A DNA stretch of 64,000 nucleotides from the human T2T-CHM13v2.0 reference genome, Homo sapiens: NCBI RefSeq assembly GCF_009914755.1, contig NC_060944.1; one strand, written 5' to 3'. Position numbers and translations under genes: made by a program. Within the stretch, counting starts at the first letter, position 1. Every line of letters begins with the position of its first letter. The notes under the pieces are model-generated. The model saw nothing but the letters and a program-made list of their open reading frames with translations. It was not told the origin of the DNA and did no database searches. Below, in pieces: positions 27,330-41,760 of the stretch.

Positions 27330-30300
27330 TTAATGGAATAGAATGGAATGGAATGGAATCAACCCGAGTGGAATTGAATGGAATGAAATGGAATGCAATG
27401 TAATCGAATGGAACCAATAAGAGTGGAATGGATTGGAATGGAATGGAATGCAATGGAAGGGAATGGAATCAACGCGAGTGCAATGGAATGGAATGGAATG
27501 GAATGGAATGGAATGGAAAGGAATGTAATGGAAAGGAATGGAATGGAATACACCAGAGTGGAATGGAATAGAATGTAAAGGAATGGAGTGGAATCAACCC
27601 TAGTGGAATGGAATGGAATGGAATGGAATGGAATGGAATGGAATGGAATGGATTGGAATCAAACCGAGTGGAATGGAATGCAATGCAATGGAATGGAAAG
27701 GAATGGAATGGAATGAAATAAACCCGAATGGAATGGAATAGAATGGAATGGAATGGAATAGAATGGAATGGAGTGGATTGGAATCAATCTGAGTGGAATG
27801 GAAAGGAATGGAAAGGAATGGAATTGAAGAGAATTGAATGTAATGTAAAGGAATGGAATGGAATGGAATGGAATCTAATGGAATGGAATGGAATGCAATG
27901 GAATCAACCAGAGTAGAATTGAGTGTAATGGATCGAAACGGAAAGGAATGGAATGGAATAAAGCTGAGTACAATGCTATGGAAGGGAATGGAATCAAATG
28001 GAATGGAATGGCATTGAATGGAATCAACACGAGTGGAATGGAATGGAATGGAGTGGATTGGAAAGTTATGGAATCAACCCGAATGGAATGTAATAGAATG
28101 GAATGGAATGGAATCCAGTGGAATTAACCCGAGTGGAATGGAATGGTATGGAGTGAAATGGAACGGAATGGAATGGTATGGAATGGAATGGAATGAAAAG
28201 GAAAGGAAAGCAATCGAATCAAAACGAGTGGAATGGAATGGAATGTAAAGAAATGGAGTGGAATTCAATAGAATCAACACGAGTGGAATGGAATGGAATG
28301 GAATGGAATGGAATGGAATGGAATGGAATCAACTAGAATGGAAACGAATGGAATGGAATGGAATGCAGTGGAATGGAATGGACTGGAATCAACCAGTGTG
28401 GAATGTAACGCAAAGGAATGGAGTGGAATGGAATGGAATGGAATCATCAAAAGTGTAATGGAAGGGAATGGAATACAATGGAATGGGATGGAATGGAAAG
28501 CAATGGAGTCAACCCGAATGGAATCGAATGGAATGGAATGCAATGGAATGGAATGGACTAGAATGGAATGGGATGGAATGGAATCAAACCGAGTGGAGTG
28601 GAAGGGAATTGAATGGAATGGAATGGAATAAATTGGAATGGAAAGGAATGGAATGGAATGGAATGGAATCAACCAGAGTGGAATGGAATGGAATGGAATG
28701 GAATGGAATGGAATCGGATAGAATGGAATCAAACCGAGTGGAGTGGAATGGAATTGAATGTAATGGAATGGAATAAATTGGAATGGAAAGGAATGGAATG
28801 GAATGGAGAGGAATCAACCAGAGTGGAATGGAATTGAATGGAATGGAATGGAATGCAATAGAATCCAATCCAGTGTAAAGAATGGAACGGAATGGAATGC
28901 AATGGAATGGAATGGATTGGAATGGAATCACCCCGTGTGTAATGGAAAGAATGGAATGGAATGGAAAGCAATGGCATGGAATGGAATGGAAAGGAATCGA
29001 ATGGAATGGAATGGAATGAAATGGAATGGAATGGAATGGAATGGAATGGAATGGAATGGAATGGAATCAACCCGGGTGGAATGTAATGGAATGAAATGGA
29101 ATGGAATGGAATAAAATGGATTGGAATCTACCTGCGTGGAATGTAGTGCATTCGAATGGAACGGAATCAACATGATAGGAATTGAATGAAATGGAATGGG
29201 ATTCAATGGAATGGAATGGAATGGAATGGAATGGAATGGAATCAACCCAAATGGAATGTAATGAAATGGAATTGAATGGAATTACCCCGAGTGAAATGGC
29301 ATGGAAAGGAACGGAATAGAATTTAATGGAATGGAATGGCATGCAATGGAATCAACACGAGTGCAATGGAATGGCATGAAATGGAATGCAATGCAATGGA
29401 ATGGAACCAATAAGAGTGGAATGGATTGGAATGGAATGCAATGGAATGAAAGGGAATGGAATCAACCCGAGTGGAATGGAATGGAATGGAATGGAATGGA
29501 ATGGAATGGAATGGAATGGAATGCAATGGAATGGAATACACCAGAGTGGAATGGAATAGAATGGAATGGAATGGAGTGGAAACAACCCCAGTGGAATGGA
29601 ATGGAATGGAATGGAATGGAATGGAATGGAATGGGATGGAATGGGTTGGAATAAAACCGAGTGGAATGGAATGGAATGCAATGGAATGGAAAGGAATGGA
29701 ATGGAATGAAATAAACCCGAATGGAATGGAATGGAATGGAATGGAATGGAATGGAATGGAATGGAATGGAATAGAATGGAAAGGAATGCAATGGAATGGA
29801 TTGAAATGGAATGGAAAGGAATAAAATCAAGTGAAATTCGATGGAATGGATTGGAATGGAATGGAATGGAAAGGAATAGAATGGAATGGAATGGAATGGA
29901 ATCCACACAAGTGGAATGTAATGGATTGGAATGGATTGCAATGGAATGGAATGGAATGGAATGGAATGGACTTCACACGAGTGCAACGGAATGGAACGGA
30001 ATGGAACCAACCCGAGTGGAATGGAATGGAATGGAAATTAATGGAATGGAATGGAATGGAATGGAATCAACCCGAGAGGAATCGAATGGAATGCAATGAA
30101 ATGGTTTGGAGTGGTGTGGAATGGAATGGAATGGAATGCAATTGAATGGAATCAAAGCGAGTGGAATGGAATGGAATGAAATGGAATGGAATGTAATGAA
30201 CACCAGTGGAATGGAAGGGAATGGAATGGGATGGGACGGAATGGAATGGAATGCAATGCAATGGAATCAACCTGAGTAGAATGGAAAGGAATGGAATGGA

Positions 30301-31485
30301 ATGGAATGGAATGGAATTTAATGGAATGGAATGGAATGGAATGCAATTGAATCCACCCGATTAGAATGCAAAAGAATGGCATGGAATGGAATGGAATGGA
30401 ATGGAATGGAATGGAATGGAATGGAATCGAACGGAAAGGAATACAAGGGCATGGAATGGAATAGAGTTAACTGGAATGGAATGGAATGGAATGGAAACAA
30501 CACGAGTGGAATGAAATGGAAAGGAGCGGAATGGACAGGAAAGGAATGGAAAGGAACTGAATGTAATGGAATCGAATGGAGTGGAATTGAATGGAATGGA
30601 AGGGAATCAATGTGAGTGAAATGGAATGGAACGGAATGGAGGGGAATGGAATGGAATGGAATGGAATGCAATGGAATCAATTCGAGTGCAATGGAATGGA
30701 ATGGAATGGAATGGAGTAAATAAAATGGAATTTATTAGAATGGAATGGAATCAACTGGAATGGAATGGAATGGAATGGAATGGAATGGAATGGAATGTAA
30801 TGGAATGGAATGGAATGCCATGGAATGGAAGGGAATGGAATTAACAAGAATGGAAAGGAATGGAATGGAATGGAATGGAATGGAATGGAATGGAATGGAG
30901 AGGAGGCAAACCGAGTGGAATGGAATGGATTGCAATAGAATGGAAAGGAATGGAATGGAATGGAATGGAATGCAACGGAATGGAGTGGAATGGAATGGAA
31001 TGGAATTGAATGGAATGGAATGGAATCATTGCAAGTGTAACTGAATGGAATGGAATGGAATGGAGTGGAATTCATTGGAATTGATATGAATGGAATGGAA
31101 TCAACTGGAATCGAAAGGAACGGAATGGAATGGAATGGAATGGAATCAACTAGAATGGAAAGGAACGGAATGGAATGCAATGGAATGGAATGGAACGGAA
31201 TGGAATCAGCCCTTCTGAAATGTGAAACAAAGGAATGGAATGGAATGGAATGGAATCAACAAAAGTGGAATGGAATAGAAAGGAATACAATGGAATGGAA
31301 TGGAATAAACCGAAGTGGAATGGAATGGAATGGAATGCAATGGATTCGATTGGAATTTAATTAACCCGATTGGAATGGAGTGAAATGGAATGGAATGGAA
31401 TGGAAAGAAGCCGATTGGAATACAGTGGACTGCAAAGGAATGGAATTCAAAGGGATGGAATGGAATGGAATTGAATGGAATGCAT
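27330..31485 (+). repeat. Paralog of 2160-5905, containing an extra ~450 bp (30760-31205)
   Basis: See the 2160-5600 feature. It continues with CCCTTCTGAAATGTGAAA (~31210) and TACAGTGGACTGCAAAGGAATGGAATTCAAAGGG (31421), which I otherwise see only at ~120-350 and ~5645-5880. Confidence 0.88.
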
Positions 31486-31699
31486 TGGAATGGAATGGAA
31501 TGGAATGGAATCAACCAGAGTGGAATGGAATGGAATGGAATGGAAAAGAATGCAATGGAATGGAATCAACGTGATTGTAAAGGAATGAAATCAAATGGAA
31601 TGGAATGGAATGCAATTGAATCAACACGATTGCAAAGGAATGGTTGGAATGGAAATGAAAGGAATGGAATGGAATGAAATCAACACGAATGGAATGGAA

Positions 31700-34600
31700 T
31701 GGGATGGAATGCAGTCAACACGAGTGGAATGGAATGGATGGTAATGGAATGGAATGGAATGGAATGGAATCAAACCGAGTGGAATGGAATGGAATGGAAT
31801 CAAGCCAAGAGGAATGGAATGGAATGGAATGGAATTGAGTGGAATCAACACGAGTGGAATGGAATGGAAAGGAATGGAATGGAATGGAATGCAATGGCAT
31901 GGAATGGAATGGAATGGAGTGCAACGGAATAGAATGGAATGGAATGGAATGGAATTGATTGGAATGCGATGGAAAGGAATGGAAAGGAACCACCTGAAAT
32001 GCAACGGAAAAGAATGGAATGCAATGGAATGGAATGGAATGGAATTGAATGGAATGGAATCAACCCGAGTGGAACGGAACGCAAAGGAACGGAATGGAAT
32101 GGAATGGAAAGGAACTGAATGGAATGGAATGGAATACAGTGGAATGGAATGGCATGAAATGGAATGGAATCAATGCGAGTGTAATGCAATGGAATGGAAT
32201 GGAATGGAGTGGAATGGAATGGAATGAAAAGGAATGGAATCAATGTAAGTGTAATGGAATGGAATACAATGGGGTGGAATGGAATGGAATGGAATGGAGT
32301 GGAATCAACTGGAATGGAATGGAATGGAACGGAATGGAATGGAATTGAATGGAATGGAATCAACTAGAATGGAAAGGAATGGAATGGAATAGAATGCAAT
32401 GGAATGGACTGGAATGGAAACAACCCGTGTAGAATGTAATGCAAAGGAATGGAATGGAATGGAATGGAATCAACAAAAGTGTAATGGAAGGGAATGGAAT
32501 AGAATGGAATGGAAAGCAATGCAGTCAACACGAATGGAATCGAATGGAGTGGAATTTAATGGAATGGAATGGAATGGAATGGAATGGAATGGAATGGAAT
32601 GGAATGGGATAGAATGGAATCAAACCGAGGGGAGTGGAATGGAATTGAATGTAATGGAATGGAATGAATTGGAATGGAAAGGAATGGAACAGAACGGAAT
32701 GGAATCAACCAGAATGCAATGGAATTGAATGGAATGGAATGGAATGGAATCAACGCGAGTGGAATGGAATTGAATGGAATGGAATGGAATGTAATCAACC
32801 CGAGTGGAATGGAATGGAATGGAATTGAATGGAATTAACCCGAGTGAAATGGAATGGAAAGGAACGGAATGGAATTTAATGGAATGGAATGGAATGGAAT
32901 GGAATGGAATGGAATGGAATGGAATGGAATGCAAAGGAATGGAAAGGAATGGAATGGAATGGATTTGAATGGAGTCACTGCAAGTGTAATGGAATGGAAT
33001 GGAATGGAATGGAATGGAGAGGAATGGAATGGTATTGATTTGAATGGAATGGAATCAACTGGAATGGAATGCAATGGAATGGAATGGAATGGAATCAACT
33101 AGAATGGAAAGGAATGGAATGGAATGGAATGCAGTGGAATGGAATGGAATCAATCCGTGTGGAATGTAATGCAAAGGAATGGAATGGAATGGAATCAACA
33201 AAAGTGGAATGGAAGGGAATGGAATAGAATGGAATGGAATGGAATGGAATAGAAAGCAATGGAGTCCACACGAATGGAATCGAATAGAATGGAATGCAAA
33301 GGAATGGAATGGAATGGAATGCAATGGAATGGAATGGAATGCGATGGAATGGAATGGGATGGGATGGAATGGAATGGATTGGAATGGAATGGAATGGAAT
33401 GGATTCAGTGTGAGAGGAATGGAATGGAATGGAGTGGAATGGAATGGAACGAATGGAATAGAATGGAATGGAATGCAATGGAATGGATTGAAATGGAATG
33501 GAAAGGAATAAAATCAAGTGAAATTGGATGGAATGGATTGGAATGGAATGGACTGGAATGGAATGGAATGGAATGGAATGGAATCCACCCAAGTGCAATG
33601 GAATGGACTGGAATGGATTGGATTGGAATGGAATGGAATGGAATGGACTTCACACGAGTGCAACGGAATGGAATGGAATGGAACCAAGACGAGTCGAATG
33701 GAATGGAATGGAAATTAATGGAATGGAATGGAATGGAATGGAATCAACCCGAGTGGAATGGAATGGAATGCAATAGAATGGAATCAAAGCGAGGGGAATG
33801 GAATGGAATGAAATGGAATGGAATGGAAACAACACGAGCGGAATAGAAGGGAATGGAATGGGATGGGATGGAATGGAATGGAATGGAATGGAATGGAAAG
33901 GAATGGAAAGGAATACACCAGAGTGGAATGGAACAGAATGGAATGGAATGGAGTGGAATCAACCCCAGTGGAATGGAATGGAATGGAATGGAATTGAAAG
34001 GAATGGAATCAATCCGACAGGAATGGAAAGGAATGGCATAGAATGAAATGGAATGGAATGGCATGGAATGGAATGGAATCAACCCGAGTGGAATGGAATG
34101 GAATGGAATGGAATGGAATGGAATGGAATGGAATAGAATGGATTTGAATGGAAAGGAATCAACAAGAGTGGAATGGAAAAGAATGGAATGCAATGGAATG
34201 GAATGCATTGGAATGGAATGGAATGGAATGGAATGGAATCAACCCGAGTGGAATGGAATTGAATGGAATGGAATGGAATGCAAAGGAATGCAATCATACC
34301 GAGTGGATCAGGGTAGAATGGAATGGAAGGGAAAGGAATGGAATAAACTGGAGTGGAATGGATTGGAATGGAATGGAGTGGAGTGGAATGGAATGGAATG
34401 GAATGGAATGGAATGGAATGGAATGGAATGGATTGCACTGGAATGGAATTAAACCTATTGAAATGGAGTGGAAAGGAATAGAATGGAATGGAATGGAAAG
34501 AAACGGATTGGAATGCAGTGGACTGGAAAGAAATGGAATTGAATGGAATGGAATGGAAAGGAATGGAAAGTAATGGAATGGAATGGAATGGAATCAACAC

Positions 34601-37600
34601 GAATGGAATGGAATGGAATGGAATTTAATGGAATGGAATGGAATGGAATGGAATGGAATGGAATGGAATGGAATTTAATGGAATGGAATGGAATGGAATG
34701 GAATCAACCCGAGTGGTAAGCAATGGAGAGGAATGGAATGGAATGGAATGGGATGGAATCAACCCGAGTGTTATGCAAAGGAGTGGAATGGAATGGAATG
34801 GGATGGAATGCAGTCAACACGAATAGAATGGAATGGAATGGAATGGAATGGAATGGAATTGATTGGAATGCGATGGAAAGGAATGGAAAGGAACCACCTG
34901 AAATGCAAAGGAATAGAATGGAATGCAACGGAATGGAATGGAGTGGAATGGAATCAACCCGAGTGGAACGGAATGCAAAGGAACGGAATGCAATGGAATG
35001 GAAAGGAACTGAATGGAATGGAATGGAATAGAGTGGAATGGAATGGCATGAAATGGAATGGAATCAATGCGAGTGTAATGCAATGGAATGGAATGGAATG
35101 GAGTGGAATGGAATGGAATGAAAAGGAATGGAATCAATGCAATTGTAATGGAATGGAATGGAATGGAATGGATTGGAGTGGAATCAACTGGAATGGAATG
35201 GAGTGGAACGGAATGGAATGGAATAGAATGGAATGGAATGGAATGGAATGGAATCAACTAGAATGGAAAGTAATGGAATGAAATGGAATGCAGTGGAATG
35301 GACTGGAATGGAATCAACCCGTGTGGAATGTAATGCAAAGGAATGGAATGGAATGGAATGGAATCAACAAAAGTGTAATGAAAGGAAATGGAATAGAATG
35401 GAATGGAAAGCAATGCAGTGAACACGAATGGAATCGAATGGAGTGGAATCTAATGGAATGGAATGGAATGGAATGGAATGGAATGGGATAGAATGGAATC
35501 AAACAGAGGGGAGTGGAATGGAATTGAATGTAATGGAATGGAATAAATTGGAATGGAAAGAAATGGAATGGAATGGAATGGAATCAACCAGAGTGGAATG
35601 GAATTGAATGGAATGCAATAGAATGGAATCAAAACGAGTGGAATGGAATTGAATGGAATGGAATGGAATAGAATCAACCCAAGTGGAATGGAATGGAATG
35701 GAATTGAATGGAATTAACCCGAGTGAAATGGAATGGAAAGGAACGGAATGGAATTTAATGGAATGGAATGGAATGGAATGGAATGCAAAGGAATGGAAAG
35801 GAATGGAATGCAATGGAATTGAATGGAGTCAATGCAAGTGTAATTGAATGGAATGGAATGGAATGGAATGGAATGGAATGGAATGGAGAGGAATGGAATG
35901 GAATTGATTTGAATGGAATGGAATCAACTGAAATGGAATGCAATGGAATGGAATGGAATGGAATGGAATGGAATGGAATGGAATGGAGTGGAATCAACTG
36001 GAATGGAATGGAGTGGAATCAACTAGAATGGAAAGGAATGAAATGGAATGGAATGCAGTGGAATGGAACGGAATGGAATCAACCCGTGTGGAATGTACTG
36101 CAAAGGAATGGAATGGAATGGAATGGAATCAACAAAAGTGGAATGGAAGGGAATGGAATAGAATGGAATGGAATGGAATGGAAAGCAATGGAGTCAACAA
36201 GAATGGAATTGAATAGAATGGAATGCAAAGGAAAGGAATGGAATGGAATGCAATGGAATGGAATGGGATGGGATGGAATGGAAACAAACCGGGTGGAGTG
36301 GAACGGAATTGAATGGAATGGAATGGAATAAATTGGAATGGAAAGGAATGGAATGGAATGGAATGGAATGGAATGGAATCAACCCGAGTGGAATGGAATT
36401 GAATTGAATGCAATGGAATGGAATCAAACCGAGTGGAATGGAATTGAATGGAATGGAATGGAATGGATTGGAAAACAATGCAATGGAATGGAAAGGAATG
36501 GAATAGAATGGAATGGAAGGGAATGGATTGGAGTGGAATGGAATGGAATGGAATGGAATGGAATGGAATGGAATGGAATGGAATCAACCCGAGTGGAATG
36601 GAATGGAATGGAATGGAATGGAATAGAATCAACCCAAGTAGAATAGAATGCTAAGGAATGAAATGGAATGGAATGGAATGGTATGGAATGGAATGGAATG
36701 GAATGCAATGGAAAGGAATGCAATGGAATCAAAACGAGTGGAATGGAATGGAATGGAAAAGAATGGAATGGAATTCAATAGAATCAACGCGAGTGGAATG
36801 GAATGCAAAGGAATTTAATGGAAAGGAATGGAATGGAATGCAATGGAATGAAATGGATTGGAATTAATCCGCGTGGAATGTTGTGGATTCGAATGGAATG
36901 GAATCAACCCGATAGGAATGGAATGAAATGGAATGGAATGCAATGGAATTGAATGGAAAGGAATGGAGTCAACCATACTGGAATGGAAGGGAATGGAATG
37001 GAAAGAACTGGAATGTAATGGAATGCAATGGAATCAACCCGACTGGACTAGAATGGAATGGAATGGAATGGAATGAAATGGAGTCAAACCGACTGGAATG
37101 GAATGGAATGGAATGGAATGGAATGGAATGGAATCAACTCGAATGGAATGGAATGGAATGGAATGGAATGGATTAAATGTGAGAGGAATGGAATGGAATG
37201 GAGTGGAATGGAATGGAACGAAATGGAATAGAATGGAACAGAATGCAATGGAATGGATTGAAATGGAATGGAAAGGAATAAAACCAAGTGAAATTGCATG
37301 GAATGGTTTCGAATGGAATGGAATGGAATGGAATCCACCCAAGTGGAATGGAATGGATTGGAATGGATTAGAATGGAATGGAATGGAATGGAATGGACTT
37401 CACACGAGTTCAACGGAATGGAATGGAATGGAACCAACCCGAGTGGAATGGAATGGAATGGAAATTAATGGAATGGAATGGAATGGAATCAACCCCAGTG
37501 GAATGGAATGGAATGCAATGAAATGGTTTGGAATGGTGTGGAATGGAATGGAATGGAATGCAATGGAATGGAATCAAAGCGACTGGAATGGAATGGAATG

Positions 37601-40600
37601 AAATGGAATGGAACGGAATCAACACGAGAGGAATGGAAGGGAATGGGATGGGATGGAATGGAATGGAATGCAATGCAATGGAATCAACCCGAGTAGAATG
37701 GAAAGGAATGGCATGGAATGGAATGGATTGGAATGGAAAGGAATGGAAAGCAATGGAATGGAATGGACTGAAACGGAATCAACACGAATGGAATGGAATG
37801 GAATGGAATGGAATGGAATGGAATGGAATGGAATTTAATGGAATGGAATGGAATGGAATGCAATGGAATGGAATGGAATTTAATGGAATGGAATGGAATC
37901 AACCCGAGAGGTATGCAATGGAGTGTAATGGAATGGAATGGAATGGAATCAACCCGAGTGTTATGCATAGGAGTGGAATGGAATGGAATGGGTTGGAATG
38001 CAGTCAACACGAGTGGAATGGAATGGACTGTAATGGAATGGAATGGAATGGAATGGAATCAAACCGAGTGGAATGGAATGGAATGGAATCAACCCGAGTG
38101 GAACGGAATGGAATGGAATGGAATGGAATGGAATGGAGTGGAATCAACACGAGTGGAATGGAATGGAAAGGAATGGAATGGAATGGAATGCAATGGCATG
38201 GAATGGAATGGAATGGAGTGCAACTGAATAGAATGGAACGGAATGGAATGGAATCAAACCGAGTGGAGTGGAATGGAATGGAATCAACCCGAGTGGAATG
38301 GAATGGAATGGAATGGAATGGAATGGAATAGAGTGGAATCAACACGAGTGGAATGTAATCGAAAGGAATGGAATGGAATGGAATGCAATGGCATGGAATG
38401 GAATGGAATGGAGTGCAACTGAATAGAATGGAATAGAATGGAATGGAATTGATTGGAATGCGATGGAAAGGAATGGAGAGAATCACCTGAAATGCAAAGG
38501 AATAGAATGGAATGCAATGGAATGGAATGGAATGGAATGGAATCAACCCGAGTGGAACGGAATGTAAAGGAACGGAATGGAATGGAATGGAATTGAATGC
38601 AAAGGTACTGAATGGAATAGAATGGAATAGAGTGGAATGGAATGGCATAAATGGAATACAATCAATACGAGTGTAATGCAATGGAATGGAATGGAATCGA
38701 GTGGAATGGAATGGAATGGAATTGCATGGAATGGAATCAACTAGAATGGAAAGGAATGGAATGGAATAGAATGCAATGGAATGGTCTGGAATGGAATCAA
38801 CCCGTGTGGAATGTAATGCAAAGGAATGGAATGGAATGGAATGGAATCAACAAAAGTGTAATGGAAGGGAATGGAATAGAATGGAATGGAAAGCAATGCA
38901 CTCAACACGAATGGAATCGAATGGAGTGGAATCTAGTGGAATGGAATGGAATGGAATGGAATGGAATGGAATGGAATGGAATGAGATAGGATGGAATCAA
39001 ACCGAGGGGAGTGGAAAGGAATTGAATGTAATGGAATAGAATAAATTGGAATGGAAAGGAATGGAATGGAATGGAATGGAATCAACCAGAGTGGAATGAA
39101 ATTGAATGGAATGGAAAGGAATGGAATGGAATGGAATGGAATGGAGAGGAATGGAATGGAATTGATTTGAATGGAATGGAATCAACTGGAATGGAATGCA
39201 ATGGAATGGAATGGAATGGAATGGAATGGAATCAACTAGAACGGAAAGGAATGGAATGGAATGGAATGCAGTGGAATGGAATGGAATGGAATCAACCCGT
39301 GTGGAATGTAATGCAAAGGAATGGAATGGAATGGAACGGAATCAACAAAAGTGGAATGGAAGGGAATGGAATAGAATGGAATGGAATGGAATGGAATGGA
39401 ATGGAATGGAATGGAATGGAATGGAAAGCATTGGAGTCAACACGAATGGAATCGAATAGAATGGAATGCAAAGGAATGGAATGGAATGCAGTGGAATGGA
39501 ATGGGATGGGATGGAATTGAAACAAACCGAGTGGAGTGGAATGGAATTGAATGGAATGGAATGGAATAAATTGGAATTGAAAGGAATGTAATGTAATGGA
39601 ATGGAATGGAAGGGAATAGAATGGAATCAAACCGAGTGGAATGGAATTGAATGGAATGGAAGGGAATGCAATGGAATGCAATGGAATGGAAAGGAATGGA
39701 ATAGAATGGAATGGAAAGGAATGCATTGGAGTGGAATGGAATGGAATGGAATGGAATCAACCCGAGTGGAATGGAATGGAATGGAATGCAATGGAATAGA
39801 ATCAACCCAAGTAGAATGGAATGGTAAGGAATGAAATGGAATGGTATGGAATGGAATGGAATGAAATGCAATGGAAAGGAATGCAATGGAATCAAAACGA
39901 GTGGAATGGAATGGAATGGAAAGGAATGGAATGGAATTCAATAGAATCAACGCGAGTGGAATGGAATGCAAAGGAATTGAATGGAATGGAATGGAATGGA
40001 ATGGAATGAAATGAAATGGATTGGAATCAACCCGCGTGGAATGTAGGGGATTCGAATGGAATGGAATCAACCCGATAGGAATGGAATGAAATGGAATGGA
40101 ATGCAATGGAATTGAATGGAAAGGATTGGAGTCAACACTACAGGAATGGAAGGGAATGGAATGGAAAGGAATGGAATGGAATGGAATGCAATGGAATCAA
40201 CCCGACTGGACTGGAATGGAATGGAATGGAATGGAATGGAATGGAATGAAATGGAGTCAAACCGACTGGAATGGAATGGAATGGAGTGGAATGGAATGGA
40301 ATGGAATGGAATCAAATCGAATGGAATGGAATGGAATGGAATGGAATGGAATGGATTCAATGTGAGAGGAATGGAATGGAATGGAATTGAATGGAATGGA
40401 ATGGATTCAATGTGAGAGGAATGGAATGGAATGGAGTGGAATGGAATGGAACGAAATGTAATAGAATGGAACGGAATGCAATGGAAAGAATTGAAATGGA
40501 ATGGAAAGGAATAAAATTAAGTGAAATTGGATGGAATGGATTGGAATGGAATGGAGTGGAATGGAATGGAATGGAATGGAATGGACTTCACACGAGTGCA

Positions 40601-41050
40601 ACGGAATGGAATGGAATGGAACCAACCTGAGTGGAATGGAATGGAATGGAAATTAATGGAATGGAATGGAATGGAATCAACCCGAGTGGAATGGAATGGA
40701 ATGCAATGGAATGCTTTGGAATGGTGTGGAATGGAATGGAATGGAATGCAATGGAATGGAATCAAAGCAAGTGGAATGGAATGGAATGAAATGGAATGGA
40801 ATGGAATCAACACGAGTGGAATGGAATGGAATGGAATGGGATGGGATGGAATGGAATGGAATGCAATGCAATGTAATCAACACGAGTAGAATGGAAAGGA
40901 ATGGAATGGAATGGAATGGAATGCATTGGAATCCACCCGATTAGAATGGAAAGGAACGGCATGGAATGGAATGGAATGGAATGGAATGGAACGGAATGGA
41001 AAGGAATGCAAGGGCATGGAATGGAATGGAATCAACAGGAATGGAATGGA
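31700..41050 (+). repeat. Three diverged copies of a ~3.1-3.6 kb higher-order unit
   Basis: GCAGTCAACACG ~31711/34810/38000, CACCTGAAATGC ~31991/34895/38484, GTGAGAGG ~33410/37179/40362, CTTCACACGAG 33648/37398/40586. Confidence 0.72.
38055..38435 (+). repeat. Local tandem duplication, ~195 bp unit
   Basis: CAAACCGAGT ~38060/38255. The private variant GAGTGCAACTGAATAG occurs at ~38216 and ~38411 (GAGTGCAACGGAATAG elsewhere). Confidence 0.8.
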
Positions 41051-41760
41051 ATGGAATGGAATGGAATGGATTCAATGTGAGAGGAATGGAATGGAATGGA
41101 ATTGAATGGAATGGAATGGATTCAATGTGAGAGGAATGGAATGGAATGGAGTGGAATGGAATGGAACGAAATGTAATAGAATGGAACGGAATGCAATGGA
41201 AAGAATTGAAATGGAATGGAAAGGAATAAAATCAAGTGAAATTGGATGGAATGGATTGGAATGGAATGGAGTGGAATGGAATGGAATGGAATGGAATGGA
41301 CTTCACACGAGTGCAACGGAATGGAATGGAATGGAACCAACCTGAGTGGAATGGAATGGAATGGAAATTAATGGAGTGGAAAGGAATGGAATCAACCCGA
41401 GTGGAATGGAATGGAATGCAATGGAATGCTTTGGAATGGTGTGGAATGGAATGGAATGGAATGCAATGGAATGGAATCAAAGCGAGTGGAATGGAATGGA
41501 ATGAAATGGAATGGAATGGAATCAACACGAGTGGAATGGAATGGAATGGAATGGGATGGGATGGAATGGAATGGAATGCAATGCAATGTAATCAACACGA
41601 GTAGAATGGAAAGGAATGGAATGGAATGGAATGGAATGCATTGGAATCCACCCGATTAGAATGGAAAGGAACGGCATGGAATGGAATGGAATGGAATGGA
41701 ATGGAAAGGAATGCAAGGGCATGGAATGGAATGGAGTCAACAGGAATGGAATGGAATGGA
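40350..41760 (+). repeat. Local tandem duplication, 715 bp unit, with a nested 50 bp duplication
   Basis: ORF pairs 40391/41106, 40407/41122 and 40517/41232 all have offset 715. GGATTCAATGTGAGAGG is doubled at 50 bp spacing in both copies (~40353/40403 and ~41068/41118). The private GAATGCTTTGG is in both. Confidence 0.93.
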
